Shown here piece by piece: positions 10,023-19,559 of a DNA stretch of 20,000 nucleotides. The notes under the pieces were generated by a model, which saw only the letters and a list, made by a program, of their open reading frames with translations, was not told the DNA's origin and did not search any database. A program made the translations under genes and the position numbers. The stretch comes from Toensbergia leucococca (taxonomy: Eukaryota): contig JALDZS010000106.1 of NCBI GenBank assembly GCA_022813965.1, positions 58,087-78,086 of the forward strand. The letters are read 5' to 3'. The number at the start of each line of letters is the position of its first letter. The first letter of the stretch is position 1.

Positions 10023-12090
10023 TCAAAACAAATCCGTCATAGCCCCATGACTCGCATCCCCAACCAAATGCGCATATTTAGCCAGCACCCCTCTCGTGAC
10101 CATCTTCCTGGGCGCTCTCCATCCCCGCATCCTCTCCGCAATCTCCGCCTCACTGACATTCATACTCAACTCATTCGTATCCGCGCTGATAGTTACAACA
10201 TCCCCATCCCTTACCACAGCAATCGGGCCCCCAACAGCCGCTTCAGGCACCACATGCCCGACAATGAAGCCATGACTGGCGCCCGAGTAACGCCCATCAG
10301 TCACGAGGGCCACGTTGGTGAGCTTCGCGCCCATGAGTGCCGCGCTCGCTTTCAGTTGCTCCGGCATGCCAGGCCCACCTTTCGGGCCTTCGTACCTCAC
10401 GACCAGGACGAGGTTTTCGCCGTGCTTGATCTCGCCCCTGTTGAGCGCCGCGTCGAGCTTTTCTTCCTTGTCGAAAACCCTAGCCTTACCGATGAATTTG
10501 GTGCCTTCCTTGCCTGTGATCTTTGCGACGGCTCCGCCGGGGGCAAGATTGCCTTTGAGAATTTGGAGATGGCCGGATGATTTGATAGGGTTTGAGAGGG
10601 GGCGGATGATGACTTGGTCCTGGGGTAATGAGGGAAAGGATTCAATGTTTTGTGCCAATGTCTTCCCCGTTACGGTGAGGATATCCCCATCCAATAGTCC
10701 TGCGGCTACCAGCAACTTTTGTACTGATGGAACACCTCCAATTTCGTAGAGATCTGCCATGAAGTATTTTCCGCTTGGTGCAAGATCGGCTATGAAGGGT
10801 ACTTTGTTGCTGACGCGTTGGATGTCATCAATTGTAAGGGGTACGCCAGCTGTGCCAGCCATGGCAAGAAAATGTACAACACTGTTGGTACTACCTCCCA
10901 GGGCCATTGTGATTACCATGGCGTTCTCGAATGAACGTTTTGTTAGGAGATCTCGCGGCTTAATATTTCTCTCCATGCATATCCTAAGAGCTGCCGCGGC
11001 CTTGACGCATTCGCGCATCTTTGCAGGAGAGGTAGCAGGAGTAGAGGAAGAACCAGGTAATGTGAGACCCATTGATTCAATCGCGGAGGCCATGGTGTTT
11101 GCAGTATACATACCGCCGCAAGCTCCAGCGCCAGGACATGCATGTTGTTCAATGTCATCCATGATTTCGTCTTTTGTTTTCGTCTTGTCTCCGCCATCTG
11201 CGGGCTGCTCGAGAGAATTATAGAGATAAGCTCCGTGTGCCTCATAGCAGGTCGAAATGTTGATTGGTTTTCGAAGGAGGTTACTATAGCCGACTGCTAT
11301 CGCTCCGCCGTAGATCATGAGAGATGGTCTATTATGCCGAGCCATTGCCATGACACAGCCAGGCATGTTTTTGTCACAGCCCGGTAAAGTTATGCATGCG
11401 TCATGATGTTGAGCGCAGGTCACAGTCTCGATACTATCGGCTATGATTTCTCGACTCTGAAGAGAGAACCGCATACCTGAGGAGATTAAAAAAGTCCTGC
11501 GAACCTGACATGCTTAGAGTACCTTCGCCACCCATTGTAATGGCGTCTGAAACCCCTATCGTATTGTATTGCCAAGCCAACATATCTTGCTTTTCCACAG
11601 CATTCTTGACTGTTCTGCCAAGATCCAGCACTAAGAGGGAATATTATGTAAGAATGTGATCGACTTACGCTACTCACACGAGGTGATAATTTGAAGGCTT
11701 TCGAAAGAGCACTTACAGTGCATGCTTTAAGCGGCAGTCAGCGTTGATAAAACTCGAGTAGACATTGAGGGATGATTCTCACTTGCATGGATTGCCCTCC
11801 CACCATACGGAAGCCACGCCAACATGGGGACTGTTCTTCATGGCATCTCGATTGGGCACACCCGCAGCGTAGAGCATTGCCTGACATTGTCATCAGGGAT
11901 GACACACGTATATCCAAAAAGAGCATTATCTCACTTGAGCGCCGGGGAAGTCATGGTCCTTGGTAAGGGTCGAGGAGAATTTATTTAGACGTGGCTTTCC
12001 ATGTAGTGTTGTATTGTCTGGTAAATGTGGAAAGTCGAGGAACCGGGGTTCTTCAGGCTCACTTTGTTTTTTCAAATTTGAGGGATCCAT
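10023..12090 (-). CDS. ILV3: Dihydroxy-acid dehydratase (IlvD/Edd family, Fe-S); exons 12090-11935, 11880-11783, 11724-11717, 11630-11523, 11476-10023, ~607 aa
   Basis: The spliced product reads [10 protein letters not shown]...WWEGNPCNMHLLDLG...[27 protein letters not shown]...PGCDKNMPG...[12 protein letters not shown]...[11 protein letters not shown]. All four introns are GT-AG and exon lengths sum to 1824 nt. Confidence 0.95.
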
Positions 12091-12237
12091 TGTGTAAGGT
12101 ATCCGTCGGTCAATTATTCTCTTGATGACTTTGCACAATATTTGGCGGTCAAATGAAGGGCTATGAAGAGTCTTGGAGGCTCGCGTGACAATTTAAAAGT
12201 TGTAGAAAACTTGGAGTTGATTGAGGCGGTTAAAACC

Positions 12238-12244
12238 TGAGTCA
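12238..12244. promoter_or_regulatory. Candidate Gcn4/CpcA (cross-pathway control) element TGAGTCA
   Basis: Perfect TGASTCA about 150 bp upstream of the ILV3 ATG, where expected for an amino-acid biosynthesis gene. A short motif that is not validated. Confidence 0.55.
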
Positions 12245-12510
12245 CGACTACCTGATTCCAGACTTCGGCTCCAGGGGGAGTGATCTCGTGGGAGATGCAT
12301 TTTTCCCCGAGGGAACTGCCGCCTTCCGCTGCAGTCACTAATTGACTGCATTGACTAGGCAAGGCAGGGTTGTGTGCGTCTCGTGACCATTCTATTATGA
12401 GGTGACCATGTCCGCTGCGACCTGCTCGTTGAAGAGTTGGGGAAAGAAAAAAATAACATCATAGGTACGGAGTAACTACAACAATGACGTTGAAGATTGG
12501 GGGGCTATTA

Positions 12511-13444
12511 TTGTAGCGAGCGAAGCGAGATGCATTTACAGTGAGGTGTTTTCAGACGGACCTCGCCTATGATGCAATCACGTGAGATCCCCAATTACTG
12601 TTTTGGGTTTAAGGTGATGGTGCTATACCTATCTAGGTTACCTAGCGATGTGTTCAGGCTACTAATGAAAATTTTTCTACAATTCCACCCACTATTCTCC
12701 TCCATATACTCAATCGATTCCATGCCCACCTAATTTGAATTACCATGCTAATGGCAATGGTGCATAGGGAAACGCGACATTTCCACCTAGAACTCCACCC
12801 ACTATTCTCCTTCATATACTCAATCGATTCCATGCCCACCTAATTCAAATTACCATGCTAATGGCAATGGTGGCTAGGGATCCCACCAACTATTCTCCTC
12901 TATCTACTCAATCGATTCCATACCCACCTAATTTGAATTACCATGCTAATGGCGATGGTGGTTAGAGAAACGCGACATTTCCATCTACAATTCCACCAAC
13001 TATTCTCCTCCATCTACTCAATTGATTCCATGCCCACCTAATTCGAATTACCATGCTAATGGCGATGGTGGCTAGGGAAACGCGACAAATGGCCATAGAA
13101 TTCCATCAACTATTCTCCTCCATCTACTTGATCAATTTCATAATACCCACGTAGTTCAAATTATCATGCTAATGACTAGGTATGGTGCTTAGAGAAACGC
13201 AACAAATGATCATATAAAGTGCATGTTATCTTCATTTCTTACTTGATTCTATACTCAATTTCTTAGAATTAGATATATACTTCGTAGATAGATATAGTCC
13301 ATAGATATCATATATATAGATAATGCAATGAACTCTTATATGACTATAAATCACTGATATTAATCACATACCACTATAGGTTAGTGTATAGGTCTCACTC
13401 GCTGCACTTCTAGCGGGTGGTCCCCTCACGGTGGATCTATTTTG
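12511..13444. mobile_element. Possible non-autonomous Helentron/HINE-like element carrying the tandem array
   Basis: Starts with TT and has an imperfect inverted-repeat pair, GTAGCGAGCGA (12513-12523) and TCACTCGCTGC (13395-13405), 9/11 matches. A 3' stem-loop (13419-13437) and T-run follow. No coding capacity. Confidence 0.3.
12681..13272. repeat. Tandem array of ~110-bp units: five clear copies plus a degenerate sixth
   Basis: Units start at ~12681, 12791, 12879, 12989 and 13099 (periods 110, 88, 110, 110). Core: CCACC(C/A)ACTATTCTCCTCCAT(A/C)TACTCAATCGATTCCATGCCCACCTAATT(T/C)GAATTACCATGCTAATGGC(A/G)ATGGTG...GAAACGCGACA. Confidence 0.95.
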
Positions 13445-13971
13445 TAAGCCATCCACGTGTTTAGTCCTCGATTGATTTGACGGTATCTGTACGAGTACGA
13501 GTAAGGTACCTTACTCATGCTAAGGTACTCCATTGTCACGCCATTGCTGCAACATCTCATCACCAAGACAAAGGAGTACCTAGAATTCCCTGTCCGAATT
13601 CATGTGAAGCTCCTTTCAACAAGGTGCCTTTGACATGGCTGTCTGTCCTGCGATGCATCTCCAAGCGCTTTACCAGAACGACTGGATCTCTTATCAATGA
13701 ATCTGTGCATCAACTATTCATCGGCCCCTAACATGATTGCCTTGCCATCTCTTTCATGCACGGGCGGCCATCATTGGAGTCTCCCCTGAGGTGAAATTCT
13801 CTCAACAGAGTGCTGGGATTGTTGACAGTCGTTAGCTTGACCGCTCCCTCGAGGCCAGCCATCCATAAGCAGAGGCCGCCGCAGGAGGGACGGCCCGCTT
13901 CAATCATTGGCTCTTCGGCCGTGGGAGCTCTGGTACGAATGTTGTCTGAGCTCAAGCTTGGCCTTACCGAA

Positions 13972-16252
13972 ATGGCAACATGGCCTCACATCTTCAGAAC
14001 AGGGACATCATTCGCTTTGTTTGGCATCTACTTACTATTCCTCTCCATTACTGATACGGTCGAAGCCACGTCACCTATTGTTACACAAACCTTTGCGCAA
14101 GCTCACAGACCGGTATTAGAAAATATTCAGCAATCTTTAAGATCTATTCTCGACACCCTCGCATCCTCGACTCGCCAGCGCTACTTGCGTACAGTAAGTG
14201 GGCAGTTTGGGCTATGGGACATGGTACAGCTGGTCGCAGTATGTTCGTTATTTCAGGCTTGGAGGATCTGGAAGCGCGGACCAGCTGAGAATCATCAAGA
14301 GCCAAACATTTCTACCAGTTCACAACGAATCAATTGGAAAGGTCACCATAATAATGTAAGACTTCCTGCGACTGTTTATGGAAGCGGAATGACAGGTGAG
14401 TCTAGCATTCCTTGAAGATTCGAGTTGCGGATACATTTTGTTAAAACCTTGTTTAGACCCAGAGATCACTGACCCTGGTCTCCTGAGGAAACACTCCACT
14501 CTCAGGTCCTATACCACTTCCATTGCCTCCTATCCTGCTATTCGAACATTCTACAGACCTCATCCTCAAGCTGATCAGCTTCCGTCCAAACCGGTACCGC
14601 TTCCGCTGTTGGTGTTCGTACATGGGCTTGGTGGTTCCTTGGCGCAATTCAACCCTTTGTTAACTAGTCTTGTCAATATATCTGCATGTCTTGGGATCGA
14701 CCTACCAGGATGTGGGCTCTCTAAATACTCTCCTGCTTTGTGGAATGCTTATACCACGGAAGCCTTGGCTGAGCTATTGATGACTGTGATCGATCTGCAT
14801 CTTGACCACGGGGCTAGACAAGGTGTGGTGCTTATCGCGCATAGTATGGGATGCGCCTTGTCAGCGCTACTAGCTTCAACGACCTCTACGATCCAGTACG
14901 CAAATACAAGGAATGTTCTCGGTCTGGTAGCCATCTCTCCACAAATGTCCCCGTTCTCCGAACATCAGATCAAGATCTTTCTGAGGCTTTTGCATATACC
15001 GACCCCCCTTTTTGATCTTTGGCGCAAGTGGGACAGAAGAGGCGGTCCCGAGAGCGTGAGCGTTACCCGAATCGTTGGTGCAAACGCAGACGTCGAAACC
15101 AAGAAGTTACAGCAAAGATTCAACGCACAAAGCGACACTGAAGTTTGGCGAAGGATGGCCTGGGGAGCATTACCTACAAGCGCTGTAGCTGGGACTGCTT
15201 GCGGAGGTTTGCCTGGACCCGAAGTTTGGGCTGGTATCGCCACACCGATATTCTTAATGGCAGGAGAAGCCGATACAATCACAAAACCAGAGGAAATTGG
15301 AAAAATTAGTCAGACGCTAGGCAAAGCCGAAGGGTCAAGCTTGCATGCCGACCACCATGATTCATTGTCTCCAACTCCTAATCAATGTCTTGACTCGAAA
15401 TTACAAACCGCTTCAGTGAAGCAAAATTCTGATGGCCGGGATCAGCGTAGTGCATCAAATACAGAGACAACTCTTCTAGGGGACGTGGAACTATCCCATG
15501 ACCCAAATGCGAATGTCGGCCCTGCACCCACAAGAAAAAGGCGGGTACTCAAGACAAGTATACTACCAGCGCCAGCTTCTCATGCTATGCTTTATGATCA
15601 CAGCACATACAGGACCTTGGCCGGACTGATTCAGAGCTTTCTCTCTGACCATATCGATAGCCGACTTTCTTTAGGCTGGCAGCTTCAGCATCTCTCGACA
15701 GAAGGCAAATGGGATGTCAAAAACCTCGCAAAATGGCAAGCAGTAGCACCAGTTTCGGCTTCCATTGCAGGTATCTTCAGAGCTATGAAAACCTTACGAG
15801 AAATCGATGATACACACTCTCCTTTGATCTTTGTCAAACACTGGAAAGGCAAAATCAAGGCTGTCATCGACATTAGTCACGAAAGCCCCGTGTATGACCC
15901 CCAAAAGATGGATGACGAAGGCATCGAGTATCACAAATTTCCCACTGTCTCCAAAATCCCTCCCACTATTGCCGAGGTTGAGGACTTTATCAACTTGGTT
16001 GACCGACTTCGTGATGTTCAAGCCTCGCCCCATTATGAGTATCCACTGATCGGTGTTCACTGCCATTACGGATTTAACCGCACCGGCTTCTTCATTTGTT
16101 CGTATTTGATAGAAAAGGAAGGTTTTAGCGTTCAGCAAGCGATTGACGAATTTCGAAAACAAAGGCCACCAGGAATTAGGCACGACCACTTTATAGATAC
16201 CCTTTTCGTGAGATACTGTGTTGGTCTGAAGCGGGCACCATCGATGTCATAG
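13972..16252 (+). CDS. Fusion protein: hydrophobic N-terminus, alpha/beta-hydrolase, and a C-terminal dual-specificity (DUSP11/RNA 5'-triphosphatase-like) phosphatase; exons 13972-14395 and 14457-16252, ~739 aa
   Basis: Intron 14396-14456 (GTGAGT...TAG) joins two ORFs in frame. Hydrolase motifs: FVHGLGG, IDLPGCG, AHSMG, GEAD, ASHAML. Phosphatase P-loop VHCHYGFNRTGFFIC and tail RPPGIRH. An alternative in-frame ATG lies at 13939. Confidence 0.9.
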
Positions 16253-16563
16253 GTGTTAAGCTACTGCGTTCGTAAAGAGCGAGGCGCTTTGCTATCAAAG
16301 CATCTAAGTGCAAATCATTGGCGCGTAGTTTTTAATTACTTTGGTAGTGCTTGATAGTGTAGGCACGTGGCACCATCAGACATAGTTCAGACAGAACGAT
16401 AAGATCAAAATGTTGTACATTCCGTAAGCTACATACACCTGGGAGACTTTTTATTTTCACATCTGAAATGATAACTATTCTCGATTGGTTTAGTCTACGA
16501 TTAGCGTTTTCTGGATAAGGCTAACCGAGCTGCTACACCCACAAATTCGAGATCTGATTAAAG

Positions 16564-16570
16564 CAGTCAC
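16564..16570 (+). promoter_or_regulatory. Possible Homol-D-like box (CAGTCAC) upstream of RPS19
   Basis: 7/8 match to CAGTCACA, a known fungal ribosomal-protein promoter element, about 70 bp before the ATG. Confidence 0.3.
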
Positions 16571-16637
16571 CAACACCCGCCTTCGAACCTGATACTCCAG
16601 TATCTAATACTGCTTTGAGCAGTGTCTAATTGCAACC

Positions 16638-17556
16638 ATGACTGGAGGTGTTAGTGTCCGCGATGTCGATGTGAGTTATGCCAACCGCAGTCTACTGATT
16701 ACAACCAACCAAAGCATTGCAAATGAGGAAACACTTGCAAAGTAATTAGCAATATGCGTCCTAGACGATGGCAAAATTAGAGATACGATGATCTTTCTTC
16801 AATCGAGTCCTAAAGCTGACAACTGGATTGAATCGCAATAGGCGCAGAAATTCATAGTTGCATACTCGGCCTTTTTAAAGAGACAAGGAAAACTACCAAT
16901 CCCAGGTTCGAGCCCATTCCCAGCGTAGCCGTTGTGCGGCAGCCACGGTCGCTAGATCATCAAATTGACTCTATCCAGGTTGGGTCGATACCGTGAAAAC
17001 CTCACCCTCCAAGGAGCTCCCACCGCAATCAATAGACTGGTACCTGCTCTTCTTTATATTGGCGGGGCAGCATACACTAACCCCCGTTCCTTCATTACCT
17101 AGGTTCTACACACGCGCTGCCTCCGTCGCTCGTCACATCTATCTCCGCAAAACCGTCGGTGTTGGTCGCCTACGTAAAGTCCACGGCAGCACCAAGAACC
17201 GTGGATCACGACCAAGCCATCATGTTGATGCGTCTGGGTCTGTGGATAGGAAGGTAGTGCAGGCCCTGGAGAAAATCGGAGTATTGGAGCAGGATGAGGA
17301 AAAGGGAGGACGAAGAATTACGCAGAGTGGGCAGCGAGACTTGGATCGTAAGTTTCCAAATTCGTAATGTTTGCTGCTTGTTTTGGGTCTCGACGTGGAC
17401 GGATCACAAAGACTAGGTAAAGGTGGCGCGGGAGAATTATGATTAAAGAGGCAGAGCATAGTTTTACGATGAAAAAGCTACTTTGCTGATGTTACCTTGA
17501 ATGTAGGGATTGCACAGACAACGATTGAACAAAGCGACGACGAGGACGAAGAGTAG
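16638..17556 (+). CDS. RPS19: 40S ribosomal protein S19 (eS19); exons 16638-16670, 16842-16905, 16979-17039, 17103-17347, 17507-17556, 150 aa
   Basis: The spliced product reads [41 protein letters not shown]...DWFYTRAASVARHIYLRK...GGRRITQSGQRDLDRIAQTTIEQSDDEDEE. Four GT-AG introns; exons sum to 453 nt. Confidence 0.97.
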
Positions 17557-18934
17557 GAGATTTGGTTTTCGATGAAAGACCAATGCTAAGGAGGTACTTT
17601 TCTAACAGCATAGGCCATTTCTAGTTGTCTAGATGCAATACAAATACCAATAAAAATCAATTCTAGGCCTGCGTCAAACGGCCGCAGATGCGTATCAATG
17701 AATCACTCATGGGCAGCTTTCTTCATAAGAGACAAATTTAATTCATGTTTAGGATCAATTCCCTTAATTCTTCTCTTCACCGAGAATAATCCAGTACTTG
17801 ATTACTTTTATGGTCGTTATGCAAGCTGTGTTTCTATACATGTGCCTTGGTTATCAATTGACAGAGAGCAAATAATTTCCTCTCCTCTTTTCCCTCCTTG
17901 GGTTCTGTCGTATCTGTAACATCCTTTTCGTACAGACATCCATCCTTCCATAGGCCATTTTCTATTACTGGTTGACCTTTGATCTCGGGCATCGTGAGTT
18001 GAAAATTTACGTTTGATAACTTCAAGTGTAGTATGACCATGTATGTTAAATCTTTCCGTTCCTGTGTACCCTAGGAAATTCAGACATGAATACATCGACT
18101 GAGCTTGAAATACAATGTGCTAAGCTGGTAGAAAATAGAGTAGCAATCTTCGTGCAGAAGTTCAGTCTCCACAGAGTTTCCACGTACATTAAAGATCCCA
18201 ATCGATTTGGGATACACAGATCTCCCTCAGCCTCTGGACGAAGATTAAGAGCAGCGGTCATAAAAGTCCAACAATCTTCGGGCGACAAACTGCCGTTAGG
18301 GGTTTTTTTCCCCTAATATGGACATTTTTCAAACCACGTTTGTATGTATTTGGTCGCATGGTATTATGCCGTAATATTTTTTGTATTGGATGAGTGAGAT
18401 GGTGCTCACTCGAGACTTTACTCGTAGACTCATCCTCGAATGGCCTCAGCCGGGTCTATCTCGGCCCGCAAATATTAGGAGCTCCAAATGGTGCAACGAC
18501 GCATGTGCGTTTCCTACGTAAATAGTCATGGTATAAATCAGCAAGTTAGCAGAGCGTCAATCCCTTAGTGAGATGAGCCCAGGTACTCATCAGCATTCAG
18601 CCGAACGTCACAAAGCGATGTAAGTCTTTCACACGACCCAGTGATTCTGTATTCAACAAGAAAGCATCTTGAAACCTACTTGATGTTCAGGTATTTAAGG
18701 ATAGGATGAAGCATCAAGGTGTAACTCGGATTTTCAAGGTCGTCGGGGGATGGGGGACTGCAAATTATGATCAGTATCTGTCTCTCACAGATTTGACAAA
18801 TATTAATGGCTTCTGAATCAGTGGTCCTACGTTACTGTAAGCCTTCTACTACTCTCTCAATGTCATGAATCTTCACCGAGTTCTGTAATCACCACAACGA
18901 CCTTGATCTGATTGAAGGTGCATTTATTTGTAAT

Positions 18935-19559
18935 ATGGTGCGAATCTTGGTCCTAGGTTCCACAACCGCTGTACGTTACACTCTCCATCCGCCTTGGAGA
19001 TTTTTCTGCCTCGCCCCTTAAGCCAACCGCATCTATCCTATGTGAATGTGATTGTCCGACCCTATCTCACCATCCTAGGCTATCTTCGGAATGGCAAGTG
19101 CCGCCATCGGCACTTAGTATCATCTACGGCACAGCCGCTCTTCCCTTTGTGTTTGGCTCCTGCATCGGCTTCATCGCCGCAACGACGCATAGCTACAGTA
19201 ACTAAGTGGTTCAGGCACTGCTAAAGCTAGATCGCTACCCAACCCTCATGCTGTTGCATCTGGATGCCAATTATCCAATGCAGAATTTGATAAGCAAGGC
19301 GAGAGAGGAAGGATGGAGAGAAAAGGTAAAGAGAAGCCCAATTTTGAAGAGTATGGCTGTTGCAGCTTGGTTGACGGCCGCTTCGGCTTTGGAGGTGAGT
19401 TTTCTCTGTTTCTCTCCCCTAACCAGGATGGTTAGAATAGGTCTTAGGGGCGAGACTTACGGGCACCGATGACAGGAAATCAGAGTCCAACGAGTATCAG
19501 CGCTAGTGGCCAATTATGTTGCGGAGGTGGAAGAGGGGAGTGTGGCGATTAGAAGATAG
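18935..19559 (+). pseudogene. Disrupted small (~145 aa) membrane-type hypothetical protein gene; exons 18935-18970, 19079-19394, 19476-19559
   Basis: GT-AG introns at 18971-19078 (GTACGT...TAG) and 19395-19475 (GTGAGT...CAG). Reconstructed protein: MVRILVLGSTTA/AIFGMASAAIG..IIYGTAALPFVFGSCIGFIAA...LDRYPTLMLLHLDANYP...SMAVAAWLTAASALE/EIRVQRVSALVANYVAE. It needs a frameshift at ~19115-19118 and read-through of TAA at 19203. Confidence 0.55.

Noticed and set aside
10047..11387. Several long plus-strand ORFs opposite ILV3
   Set aside because: Antisense shadows of a conserved coding sequence, with no recognisable motifs.
12681..13215. Tandem array as a CRISPR array or coding repeat
   Set aside because: Eukaryotic context, head-to-tail units with no unique spacers, no cas genes, and no long ORF spanning the array.
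16671..16841. Intronic box C/D snoRNA in RPS19 intron 1 (or intron 4)
   Set aside because: Only an imperfect C-like ATGAGGA is present, the downstream CTGA is the branch site, and I saw no terminal stem or rRNA guide. A snoscan/Infernal run would settle it.
273..17556. Whole window as a metabolic or secondary-metabolite cluster (PUT1 + ILV3 + hydrolase)
   Set aside because: No PKS, NRPS, terpene synthase, P450, transporter or cluster transcription factor. The genes belong to unrelated pathways.
17609..17960. 12-bp direct repeat CATAGGCCATTT at 17609 and 17949 as a target-site duplication
   Set aside because: No terminal repeats or element features between the copies, and the interval includes the probable RPS19 3' UTR.
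17817..18316. Overlapping minus-strand ORFs and the hairpin TTAGGGG-T7-CCCCTAA (18296-18316)
   Set aside because: May be a decayed gene, but I could not build a consistent model or recognise a family. A single TTAGGG per arm is not a telomeric tract.
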